A DNA stretch of 64,000 bases from a virus. The notes under the pieces are model-generated. The model was not told the origin of the DNA. It saw nothing but the letters and a program-made list of their open reading frames with translations, and did not search any database. The translations under genes and the position numbers were made by a program. The stretch covers positions 1 to 64,000 of IMG/VR virus record IMGVR_UViG_3300032087_003094. One strand, written 5' to 3'. How positions within the stretch are numbered: the stretch's first letter is position 1; each line of letters opens with the position of its first letter. Positions 1 to 8,357 of the stretch are shown here, piece after piece.

Positions 1-91
1 ATATGGGGATTATATTATTTTTGATGTAGGGCAGGACGGCTGTATAGTTAACTATTCAAATAAAATTAATATTGAAGATTGGGAAGGAGAG
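1..91 (+). repeat. Exact direct repeat of 39457-39547
   Basis: 91 nt identical by direct comparison; first difference is T/C at 92/39548. Confidence 0.95.
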
Positions 92-99
92 TAATAACA

Positions 100-345
100 A
101 TGAGTGAATATTCACAAGGTATCTGCCAAGACGGCACCGCAATAATGAAAGATGGAGAAATGCTAACAATTGAAGAAATTTTATCGGAGCTTAGAAAGGC
201 CGAGCAACTACAAAAAGAGAATGAAGAAAGCTTTAGAAAGGGGTTTTGGGCTGGTTATGAGGATTCTAAATGTTTTCCTGATGAAAGTAACATATTGCAG
301 CGCTATACAGCTCTAATCGAAAATAGGAATAGCCATGACCAATAA
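100..345 (+). CDS. Hypothetical protein; C-terminus shared with 39556-39804
   Basis: ATG at 100 after GGAG; shared EQLQKENEESFRKGFWAGYED segment. Confidence 0.7.
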   Translation: MSEYSQGICQDGTAIMKDGEMLTIEEILSELRKAEQLQKENEESFRKGFWAGYEDSKCFPDESNILQRYTALIENRNSHDQ

Positions 346-388
346 AATAACAATACATAACGAGTCAAACTAGTTTATAATGCATATA

Positions 389-483
389 CGCGGCTAAGAG
401 CTTGATTGATCCCTTGCTTTCCTCCCTCCCCTTGAGTTAGCCGCGCATTATTTCGATAAAGGGGATAAAAACTTGAGGGGTTA
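389..483 (+). ncRNA. C4-like antisense/leader RNA with downstream targets
   Basis: TATAAT at 376-381; stem 389-397/437-445; internal loops complementary to 459-465 and 475-483. Confidence 0.55.
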
Positions 484-486
484 CAA

Positions 487-999
487 ATGATAGACCTAAA
501 AACCTGCACAAGAGCCGATTTTATAAAGGCTTACACAAACCTAGAAAACTCACATAAGCACCTAGAAAGCGAAGTTCATTATCTTAACGAACGCCTCCAG
601 GAATACGAAGGCATTCAAACTGATGATGAAAAAGAAGCTGAGTTTCAGAAATTCTGGACGATGTATGAAAAGAAAGGAAACCTCAAAACTACTCGCGCTA
701 GATGGAACAAGCTAAGTAATAAGAAAAAGAAGCTAATATTCGACCATCTACCCAAGTACATAAAATCAACCTATAAAGATGCGAGATACCCATCAAGAAA
801 GAACGCAGAAGTCTATATCAGCAAAGAGGCATGGCTTGATGAGATAATCGAGAATAAAGACTATCAGAAGTTTTCACCACAGCCAGCAGTGGGAAGCGCA
901 TCATTTAAGCCAAGCCCGATAAAAAATAGAAGCAAGGAGCTTGAAAGGCTTAGAGAGGAAAGTAAATCGGTCAACATTAAAGAGAGGTTAGGATTATGA
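487..999 (+). CDS. Putative phage replication protein (initiator C-terminal-like domain)
   Basis: FQKFWTMYEKK...KNAEVYISKEAWLDE resembles the C-terminal motif of phage replication proteins; homolog in B. Confidence 0.55.
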   Translation: MIDLKTCTRADFIKAYTNLENSHKHLESEVHYLNERLQEYEGIQTDDEKEAEFQKFWTMYEKKGNLKTTRARWNKLSNKKKKLIFDHLPKYIKSTYKDARYPSRKNAEVYISKEAWLDEIIENKDYQKFSPQPAVGSASFKPSPIKNRSKELERLREESKSVNIKERLGL

Positions 1000-1880
1000 A
1001 GCCTGTAATGGTGTGCAGTTTTAGCGGCGGACGAACTTCGGCTTATATGGCCAAGTGGCTAATCGACAACAAATCAAATGAATTCGATTTAAAATTTGTT
1101 TTTGCTAACACCGGCCTCGAGCATGAAAAAACTTTAGATTTTATTAATCGTTGTGATAATGAGTGGAGGTTAAATCTAGATTGGATCGAGGCTGTTACGC
1201 ATAAAGAGCTAGGAAAAGGTCAAACCTATAAAGTGGTAGACTTTAATGCTGCCTCAAGGAGCGGCGAGCCTTATAAGCTTTTAGCGTCTATCGAAGGCAT
1301 TCCATGCCCAACGCGACCAATTTGCACCGACAGACTAAAGAGCGCAATCTTAATCAAGTACCGAAACCAGTTTGGGAAAAAAGCGCGTAGTGCTATAGGA
1401 ATAAGGATTGATGAAATAGATCGCATGAATCCAAATTTTGACAAGCAAAGAATTATTTACCCTCTTATATCAATGCGGCCCACAACCAAGTCGGAGATAT
1501 TAGACTGGTGGCGCCAGCAACCTTTCGATCTGGAGATTGAGGAGCATTTAGGTAATTGTGTAACGTGCTGGAAAAAATCAGATAGGAAGCTTTTAACTAT
1601 AGCAAAAAACCACCCTGAAAGCTTTGAAGTTTATAGGGAAATAGAGAAAAAACATAGCTCGATACTCTCAAAAAAAGATGGAAGCATTGAAGGGGTAGAT
1701 AAGAAGATTTTTAGGAATAAGCGCTCAGTGAATGATATTTTTGAAGCGTCGAAAGGCGGGTTTGTGGAGTTTAAAGAGCTTGATAGCGGGTATCAGTTGG
1801 ACCTGCTGGGGTTGGATAGTTATAACGGCTGCTCGGAATCTTGCGAGCCGTTTTAGCTAAATTAAAGAGAGGTTAGGATT
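976..1880 (+). repeat. 20-bp direct repeat ATTAAAGAGAGGTTAGGATT flanking the PAPS reductase-like gene
   Basis: Copies at 976-995 and 1861-1880; a single near-copy at 40424-40443. Confidence 0.9.
996..1856 (+). CDS. PAPS reductase family protein (PP-loop)
   Basis: SFSGGRTS PP-loop, FANTGLEH, GNCVTCWKK, terminal GCSESCEPF. Confidence 0.85.
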   Translation: MKPVMVCSFSGGRTSAYMAKWLIDNKSNEFDLKFVFANTGLEHEKTLDFINRCDNEWRLNLDWIEAVTHKELGKGQTYKVVDFNAASRSGEPYKLLASIEGIPCPTRPICTDRLKSAILIKYRNQFGKKARSAIGIRIDEIDRMNPNFDKQRIIYPLISMRPTTKSEILDWWRQQPFDLEIEEHLGNCVTCWKKSDRKLLTIAKNHPESFEVYREIEKKHSSILSKKDGSIEGVDKKIFRNKRSVNDIFEASKGGFVEFKELDSGYQLDLLGLDSYNGCSESCEPF

Positions 1881-2281
1881 GTGAGTCAAGACAAAAAAGA
1901 AAACTATTGCGCTAGATGTTCAAATTCTATCGGCGAGTCTAATGGTATAAGCAGAATTCATAATAGTTTCACTGGTAAAGTTTTATATAAAGGGTCTGGA
2001 ATTTGTGGCGTATGCAGCTCTGAAATTTGGAGAGAGGTAAAGAGTAATGAATAACGGATTAATAATCTACCAAGTGATGAGGGTTTTAGCAGCTCAGCCC
2101 TTTGTTGAGATTGTAAACTTTCAGCAGAAGAGAATAAGTAAGCATAACAAAAACCCGCAAAATCATTTTGGTTACAATTTTGAGAGGATTAGCTGTGAAT
2201 AACAATAACTGGATAGATGTGAATCACTGTAGATTGTGCAGCGAAGTTAATCAAAACGCCACCAAAGCAAAAGGATAGCGA

Positions 2282-2449
2282 ATGAACTGGCAACGCAAAA
2301 ACAAATACTACACTGATAGCGGCCCGTATCGAATATGCTGGACAGATGCCAGACCCACGTTATTTATGTGCAGTTATAAAAAAGAGTTCATCGGCAAGTC
2401 AAACAATGCCGAGGAAGCCAAGCGAATTTGTGAAAACCACTCTATTTGA
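2282..2449 (+). CDS. Small hypothetical protein (MNWQRKNKYYTDSGPYRICW...)
   Basis: 55-codon ORF conserved in B at about 41370-41540. Confidence 0.65.
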   Translation: MNWQRKNKYYTDSGPYRICWTDARPTLFMCSYKKEFIGKSNNAEEAKRICENHSI

Positions 2450-2471
2450 TAGAAGGGTTAGATATGTTAAC

Positions 2472-2660
2472 TCACTCACCTAAAGCTATAAGCTCTGACA
2501 ATTTGATATTCCAATAATCTGCATATTCTTGAAGTGTTGAAATCTTGATATCTTTACTTCGTTTTTGATAGTTGATGGTGTTAATAGACTTATCTAGCCC
2601 GCTAGCAACATCAGAAGTCGAAGAATTAAATTTAACCATGGCCATTTGTAAACATTTCAT
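2472..2660 (-). CDS. Cro/CI-type HTH regulator
   Basis: Small divergent ORF with HTH pattern DVASGLDKSINTINY...ISTLQEYADYW. Confidence 0.7.
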   Translation of the reverse strand: MKCLQMAMVKFNSSTSDVASGLDKSINTINYQKRSKDIKISTLQEYADYWNIKLSELIALGE

Positions 2661-2679
2661 ATTTTAGTTAAAATACCTA

Positions 2680-2708
2680 TTGTAATAGTTCGATTGTTAG
2701 ATTATACT
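2680..2708 (+). promoter_or_regulatory. Sigma70-like promoter of the recombination operon
   Basis: TTGTAA-17-TATACT; equivalent TTGCAT-16-TATACT at 41728-41755. Confidence 0.65.
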
Positions 2709-2741
2709 AGATTCATCAGATAAAGTTAAGGAATAAATTAA

Positions 2742-3119
2742 ATGAGTCAATTAACATTTTTTGAACAGTACATAGAATCAGTATTTCATCTTGAGGATGT
2801 AACGTACATCTCAGACGAGCAAGCATTGTCAAATCTAGGATTTATGCAAGCCAATCATCCTGATGAATACCAAGAGATAATCGACCAAGTGAACGCTAGT
2901 TACGAGCCTCCAGAGGGTAAAGAGTGCGACCTTGACGAGCTAACCGACGCTATCACTAATAGAAATCCAATGAAATTCGTTATGGAATTAGAGCGATTAA
3001 TGATAGTCGAGCTCAAAGCTTACATTGACGAAGTGCAGCAAGAAATCGCATACAAGAGCGCGAATCCAGAGCGTGATAGCTCTTACGAAGCTAAGCAAGC
3101 AAGGGAGATAGCGTTATGA
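2742..3119 (+). CDS. Hypothetical protein (homolog of 42365-42742)
   Basis: Near-identical copy in B. Confidence 0.8.
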   Translation: MSQLTFFEQYIESVFHLEDVTYISDEQALSNLGFMQANHPDEYQEIIDQVNASYEPPEGKECDLDELTDAITNRNPMKFVMELERLMIVELKAYIDEVQQEIAYKSANPERDSSYEAKQAREIAL

Positions 3120-3201
3120 AACTAAAATCAAGAGCATTAACATTCTTTGAAATGTGGCTAATTATATTATCAATGCTAGCTATTTACGGAGTGATATTCT
3201 A

Positions 3202-3375
3202 ATGAAAACAGAAACTCAAGAAATGGAGAGCAATTTAGCTCTCGCATGGTTCGAGGGTGTTTATACTCAAGACCAAGCGCAGGTATCGGCTGAGCTGCAA
3301 AGTGTAAGCTTTGAAAATGTAGTCAATGAATACTCAAAACTTTATCACGAAACGGAGAGCTTGAGTAATGGATGA
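3202..3375 (+). CDS. Hypothetical protein (homolog of 43538-43720)
   Basis: Shared MKTETQEMESNLALAWF start defines the likely ATG. Confidence 0.7.
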   Translation: MKTETQEMESNLALAWFEGVYTQDQAQVSAELQSVSFENVVNEYSKLYHETESLSNG

Positions 3376-3817
3376 ATTAGATAGATTCAAGCGGCCGTTC
3401 TCTGAAAATGAAATACATTGGAGGGTTGGCAGAAAATCAAAGGATGGAAACACAGCGACTGCTCTAGCTTATATTAACGCTAGAGATGCAATGAAAAGGC
3501 TTGACGAGGTCGTTGGGATTGATGGCTGGCAAGATGATTACCAGGAAACAGCAACAGGTCGAGTTATTTGTAAGTTGTCCGTGAAAATTGGCGATCAGTG
3601 GATAACTAAATCCGATGGTGCTGGCGGGACTAATATTGAAGGTGAGAAGGGTGGCATATCTGACGCATTTAAAAGAGCTGCGGTTAAGTTTGGTATAGGC
3701 CGATACCTATACTATCTTGATGGGTCTCGTTATTTACCTGTCGATAAATGGGGGAAATTTACAACCCTCCCTCAACTGCCAGATTGGGCAAAACCTAAAA
3801 AGGATAAAAAGCAATGA
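3368..3817 (+). CDS. Rad52/Sak-like ssDNA annealing protein
   Basis: YINARDAMKRLDEVVG and EKGGISDAFKRAAVKFGIGRYLY motifs. Confidence 0.85.
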   Translation: MDELDRFKRPFSENEIHWRVGRKSKDGNTATALAYINARDAMKRLDEVVGIDGWQDDYQETATGRVICKLSVKIGDQWITKSDGAGGTNIEGEKGGISDAFKRAAVKFGIGRYLYYLDGSRYLPVDKWGKFTTLPQLPDWAKPKKDKKQ

Positions 3818-4311
3818 CTGCATTATATGAATTAACTGATCAATACAACAAAGCTCTAACCGAGCTATTAGATATTGAAGGCCTAGACAGTGAGTCATTC
3901 AGTGACACAATGGAAGGTTTGGAGCTAGAGCTTAAAGATAAGCTTTTTAATACTGCTGCCTATATGCAGAATATTGAAGCCGATGCAAAAGCCTTAAAAG
4001 AGGCCGAAGATAGAATTAAAGCAAGGCGAATCATTATTGAAAATAAAGCCAAACTACTAAAAGAGTACGTAAGATTTAATCTCGAACTGTCTGGGATCCC
4101 AAAAATTGAACGCCCAGAGTTTAAGCTGTCACTAAGAAAAGGTGTCGAATCTGTAAATGTGAAAGAGGAATCGTTAGTCCCTCAGAAATACATTGTTACT
4201 AAAACAATAAAATCAGTAGACAAAAAGCTAGCAGCAAAAGCTTTAAAATCCGGCGAAATTATTAACGGCCTAGAGCTAAAGCGCGGCAAGTCGTCACTAG
4301 TAATTAAATAA
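3814..4311 (+). CDS. Siphovirus Gp157 family protein
   Basis: MTALYELT start, coiled coil, C-terminal GEIINGLELKRGKSSLVIK. Confidence 0.8.
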   Translation: MTALYELTDQYNKALTELLDIEGLDSESFSDTMEGLELELKDKLFNTAAYMQNIEADAKALKEAEDRIKARRIIIENKAKLLKEYVRFNLELSGIPKIERPEFKLSLRKGVESVNVKEESLVPQKYIVTKTIKSVDKKLAAKALKSGEIINGLELKRGKSSLVIK

Positions 4312-4341
4312 ATCAACCATTAACCACAAAAGGGTAATTAA

Positions 4342-4659
4342 ATGAAATACGGTGTAAATCTTAAGATTGACGTTTCAAAGATTGAAAAAGGTAGATTATT
4401 CAAAGGAGCTAAAGGTACTTATTTGGATGCTCAAGTGTTTATCGATGTTAATAATGTTGGCGAATTCGGTGATAACGGAATGATAGTTCAGCAAATAACC
4501 AAAGAAGAACGCCAAAACGGCGTGAAAGGGCAAATACTGGGCAATGCCACAGTGTTCTGGAAAGGTCAGAGTGATAACAATCAAACTAAACAGCAAACAC
4601 CAAGCCAGCCTCAAGAGCAGAGCTTTGATAATAGTTTTGACGACGACATACCCTTTTAA
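4342..4659 (+). CDS. Non-canonical ssDNA-binding protein
   Basis: Acidic DDDIPF tail; occupies the same slot as the canonical SSB in B. Confidence 0.7.
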   Translation: MKYGVNLKIDVSKIEKGRLFKGAKGTYLDAQVFIDVNNVGEFGDNGMIVQQITKEERQNGVKGQILGNATVFWKGQSDNNQTKQQTPSQPQEQSFDNSFDDDIPF

Positions 4660-4679
4660 CCATAAGGAAGGTAACGAGA

Positions 4680-4961
4680 ATGAAAATTAATAAATTTATA
4701 ACTATTTCAAGTAGAGGTTCTTGTCGTTTAACAGCTTCTAGCCCGCGCTTAGAAGTGGATGAAATATCTATGAACTTAAAGATAGAAATACCTGACGCTA
4801 TTTTTAAAAAGCCAAGACTTGAAGCTAGTATCACCGTTCCAGATGAGGCTGCAGCTACCGAAGCAATGAAAAGCATTGTCTACGATAATGTTGAAGAAAT
4901 TGTCAATCAAGCAACTGGACTGAATTTTTCAATTTCAGTAAAGAAATATGACGATGAATAA
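4680..4961 (+). CDS. Hypothetical protein
   Basis: ORF with RBS in the operon. Confidence 0.65.
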   Translation: MKINKFITISSRGSCRLTASSPRLEVDEISMNLKIEIPDAIFKKPRLEASITVPDEAAATEAMKSIVYDNVEEIVNQATGLNFSISVKKYDDE

Positions 4962-4985
4962 CCTAACACAAGAGCAAGCTAAATA

Positions 4986-5411
4986 ATGACGTCCTTTACC
5001 ATAAACTCAAAGCAAGCAGTGGAAAGCTTCCAAGAGTTTATACAAGAAGAATTCATAAAAGAAAAATACTTGATAGCTAAGATAGTCAAGGCTACTAGGC
5101 TGCAAATACAAAACCGATGGATTCAAAAGTTTTATAATATGGTATCAGGTCAAACAGGACAACCAAGGCAAACGCTAGTCAACCACTGCAAGTATTATCA
5201 CGGCATGCCTATACTGTTAGCAGACCAGCCAGAACAAGCGGAACTATGGCGTAAAATGATGATTCCGTTAACAGAGCAAGAAAGGCTTGCAGCTATGGAA
5301 ATAACAGCTGTAACAAGCTTGATGGACGTTCACGAGTGTTCAGATTATATTAAACAATTAATAGCTCATTTTGACCACTGTGAGCTACCAAGAAAACAAT
5401 GGAGAGAGTAG
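4986..5411 (+). CDS. NinB-like recombination protein
   Basis: RLQIQNRW and VTSLM motifs, upstream of ninG; near-identical copy at 46179-46604. Confidence 0.6.
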   Translation: MTSFTINSKQAVESFQEFIQEEFIKEKYLIAKIVKATRLQIQNRWIQKFYNMVSGQTGQPRQTLVNHCKYYHGMPILLADQPEQAELWRKMMIPLTEQERLAAMEITAVTSLMDVHECSDYIKQLIAHFDHCELPRKQWRE

Positions 5412-5725
5412 TGATAATTCTAAAAGATGATGAATGTCTTGAAAAGATGGAGCCTCTAAGGGAGGAGTGGGCGCAAGAAGCTATCGATAAATACAAAAAA
5501 ATGATTATTGATCTAGATGCGCTTCACCTTAAAGCCTTCGCAGATCAATCAAACCCATCATTAACTATGACAAGTTATAGCAATATTAAGGCGATCGAAG
5601 CGAGAAAGGCAATCATAGAAGACCCATTCAGAAAAGCGCTACTCAAGCAAATTACCCTCTTAATGCAATTTGACAAACCTAGATTTTTGGTGGCTAAACA
5701 AAGAATAAATAATGCCAAACGCTAA
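5399..5725 (+). CDS. Hypothetical protein
   Basis: Coupled ORF between the ninB-like gene and ninG. Confidence 0.6.
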   Translation: MERVVIILKDDECLEKMEPLREEWAQEAIDKYKKMIIDLDALHLKAFADQSNPSLTMTSYSNIKAIEARKAIIEDPFRKALLKQITLLMQFDKPRFLVAKQRINNAKR

Positions 5726-6281
5726 ACTAAAATGCGTACAGTGCGGAAAAAGATCCCCCCGAGAGGAAATGGAAAAGGTTAACAATATAAGCTCAGTATG
5801 CGGTTTAGATTGCAAGGTTGAATGGGCGGCCAATAAGGGCAAAAAAGCAGTTAAGGATAAAGCCAAGAAAGACCACGCACTAAGAAAGAGGGTATTTTAT
5901 GCAAACGATCTCAAAACAAGAAAAGCAGCAGCAAAAAAAGCATGTCACGAATATATTAGGCTTCGAGATAAAGGAAATCCCTGCATTTGCTGCGGAAGGC
6001 CTCTTGGCTATAAGTTCGACGCAGGACACTACCTTGAGTCGGGCAATAATCCCAAAATTAGATACGATGAAAATAACATCCACGCACAAAGCGTCTACTG
6101 CAATCAGTATCAAGGTGGAAACTCAGATGACTACCGTGGCCGCCTTATTGCCAAGATTGGAGTTGACGAGGTTGAAAGATTAGAATCAATGAAAGGCGGC
6201 ACAGTAAAGCGAACCGCTCAAGATTACAAAGATATTGAAGATTACTACAAAGATAAGATTAAACTATTAGAGGGTAAGTGA
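5712..6281 (+). CDS. ninG: NinG/Rap junction endonuclease
   Basis: YIRLRD..PCICCG..DAGHY..RYDENNIHAQ..CNQ. Confidence 0.9.
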   Translation: MPNAKLKCVQCGKRSPREEMEKVNNISSVCGLDCKVEWAANKGKKAVKDKAKKDHALRKRVFYANDLKTRKAAAKKACHEYIRLRDKGNPCICCGRPLGYKFDAGHYLESGNNPKIRYDENNIHAQSVYCNQYQGGNSDDYRGRLIAKIGVDEVERLESMKGGTVKRTAQDYKDIEDYYKDKIKLLEGK

Positions 6282-6488
6282 ATGGCTTCAAAAAAAGTAA
6301 TAACCTATGAGCTAGATCAAGATAGTGGCCTATTAACAATCTACTGCAACTTAATAAAAGTTGTTGAATGGTCCTGCGATGATACGGATAGTGTTGAATA
6401 CCTTATGGATGACTTCAAAAAGATTTTTGATTTGGGGGTTTCTTTTGGCTCACAGGTTAAAGATGAAATTATGCGTGACGGTCATTAA
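6282..6488 (+). CDS. Hypothetical protein
   Basis: ORF abutting ninG; absent in B. Confidence 0.55.
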   Translation: MASKKVITYELDQDSGLLTIYCNLIKVVEWSCDDTDSVEYLMDDFKKIFDLGVSFGSQVKDEIMRDGH

Positions 6489-6543
6489 GTGATGATAGAA
6501 AAAATACAAACAGGACGGCAATATAAAAGATAAGCAGCTTAAC

Positions 6544-6615
6544 AGCGTCTAGCACTTCTTTTCTGTGGGTTTTGGCCGAATATCCCAACTCCCACCTTAT
6601 GCTGGGCGCTTTTTT
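6544..6615 (+). terminator. Structured RNA element / intrinsic terminator
   Basis: Nested stems followed by a U tract; conserved with a compensatory change at 47474-47545. Confidence 0.7.
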
Positions 6616-6629
6616 ATTGAATGTAAGGA

Positions 6630-7124
6630 GTGAGGATGATAACCCAAGAAAAATTAAATGAAATTTTTTATTATGACGGTTTTGATCTCTACTGGGCTAA
6701 ACCTACAGGCAGAATGAGGAAGGGGGATTTGGCTGGTACTGATTCTCACGGTTATAGGCAGGTTCAAATCAATAAAAAAATATACAGGGTTCACCGTATT
6801 ATATGGTTTATGGCATTTGGGCATTTTCCTTACGGTGTCATTGATCATATTAACGGCAACAGGTCAGATAATAGACTGCAAAATCTAAGAGATGTCACGT
6901 ATAAAGAAAACAATAGAAATCAGAAAATATCCAAGATAAATACCAGCGGAATGACTGGGGTTTCATGGAATTGGAGGAGGAAAAAATACAGTTCTTATTT
7001 TTGGAGGAATGGAAAGCAAAACTACTTAGGGTTCTTTTCTTCTTATAAAGACGCTGTTAATGCAAGGTTGGAAGCCAATAAAAAACACGGATTTCATAAA
7101 GGTCATGGAAAAGCCGCGGTTTGA
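6630..7124 (+). CDS. HNH homing endonuclease with AP2-like domain
   Basis: HRIIW..IDHINGNRSDNRLQNLR..NTSGMTGVSW..YLGFF. Confidence 0.9.
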   Translation: MRMITQEKLNEIFYYDGFDLYWAKPTGRMRKGDLAGTDSHGYRQVQINKKIYRVHRIIWFMAFGHFPYGVIDHINGNRSDNRLQNLRDVTYKENNRNQKISKINTSGMTGVSWNWRRKKYSSYFWRNGKQNYLGFFSSYKDAVNARLEANKKHGFHKGHGKAAV

Positions 7125-7431
7125 GGTGGCTGGATATATAGTTTATAATTAAAACTCAACTAACTTAAGGCTTATGAAATGAGTTTATCGTGTTTTATGC
7201 AATCGTCCAAGATAACTCTTGGCGAATATACAGAAAGGGATGGGGAAGACCTGTCCTTTCTGGATTCGGCGAGATTGAAACTGCAATAGAAATATCGCGG
7301 TTATATGACGTTGTATTAACAGAATTTTATAACCTTCCAGCATTGAGGATAGCATAATGAACGATCTATATATTGACGGCGGAGATGGACAAGGCGACGA
7401 TCCACCGGACAACGACTCAAAAAAATAAATA

Positions 7432-7911
7432 ATGGGCGCATATTTTTCAATAGCAGCATTAGCTCTATGCTTATTTGCAGATAGAAAGCACAAACTCACG
7501 GCCACACTGTTAGCTGCTGAGTTTTTTGCTATGTGGGCTATTCATTACTTTGGGCATACTGTTTTTGGTGTTTTAGGTGAGCCCGAACTTTATTTAACTT
7601 ACATTTTAGCTCAGATGCCTATACTATTTTTTATGTGGCTAACTCATTGCTCTTTGTATGTCCGATGGTTGATCACAATATCTCTAGTGTATAATGTTTT
7701 AACTATTTCTCAGTATTCACTCAATGTGATTGAGTTTTACGGAAACTATAAAATATTCATGCAGGTTATAATGGTGCTTCAATTAGCATTTCTAGTGTGG
7801 GCGAACAGGTATGTCACTGTCTATCGAAGAAGTAAAAAACCTAATCATATTAGCAATGGCTATAAGCTGTTTAATATTCGCCCTCGGATGGGTGTTAGGG
7901 GTAAGGTTTGA
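7432..7911 (+). CDS. Multi-pass membrane protein
   Basis: About five hydrophobic segments. Confidence 0.65.
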   Translation: MGAYFSIAALALCLFADRKHKLTATLLAAEFFAMWAIHYFGHTVFGVLGEPELYLTYILAQMPILFFMWLTHCSLYVRWLITISLVYNVLTISQYSLNVIEFYGNYKIFMQVIMVLQLAFLVWANRYVTVYRRSKKPNHISNGYKLFNIRPRMGVRGKV

Positions 7912-8357
7912 AAAATCAAGAGCTAGAGCAGAAGCAGAGCGAGACCGTATTAGCCGAGGCTTTGACAGGATTCGCAAAAATTCAGACCCAGCTGGCGGAA
8001 AATCAAGCAGAACAAACAGCTAGCACCAATAAAAGAATAGATAAGCTATCAGATAAGATGGGAGAACTGGTTGAGGTCATGGTTAGGTCTGAGGAAAGGC
8101 ATAATACTCACTCAGAAAAGAATGAGCGATTAGAAAAAAACCAGATTGAGCTAGGTAAAGAATTTAAAGACTACAGAAAAAACAATGATGATCGCATTGT
8201 AGATATAGAAAAGCAGGTTTTATTACTAGAAAACGACGACAAATCCAACAAAGAGAACTCAAAAGACAGGAAGCAATTAAGGAATACAATTATTGGCGGA
8301 GTGGCCGTTGTTATGATTTTATCTATCCTTGGCATTGTGTTTGGGGTTAAGCCATGA
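7908..8357 (+). CDS. Coiled-coil protein with C-terminal transmembrane segment (lysis-associated)
   Basis: Heptad-rich, terminal TM, precedes the putative endolysin. Confidence 0.6.
   Translation: MKNQELEQKQSETVLAEALTGFAKIQTQLAENQAEQTASTNKRIDKLSDKMGELVEVMVRSEERHNTHSEKNERLEKNQIELGKEFKDYRKNNDDRIVDIEKQVLLLENDDKSNKENSKDRKQLRNTIIGGVAVVMILSILGIVFGVKP

Noticed and set aside
79-99. Upstream-extended starts in the ORF track (79, 3154, 14210, 23196, 35803, 39535, 43481, 45832, 59306)
   Set aside because: A/B homology and RBS position point to downstream ATGs.
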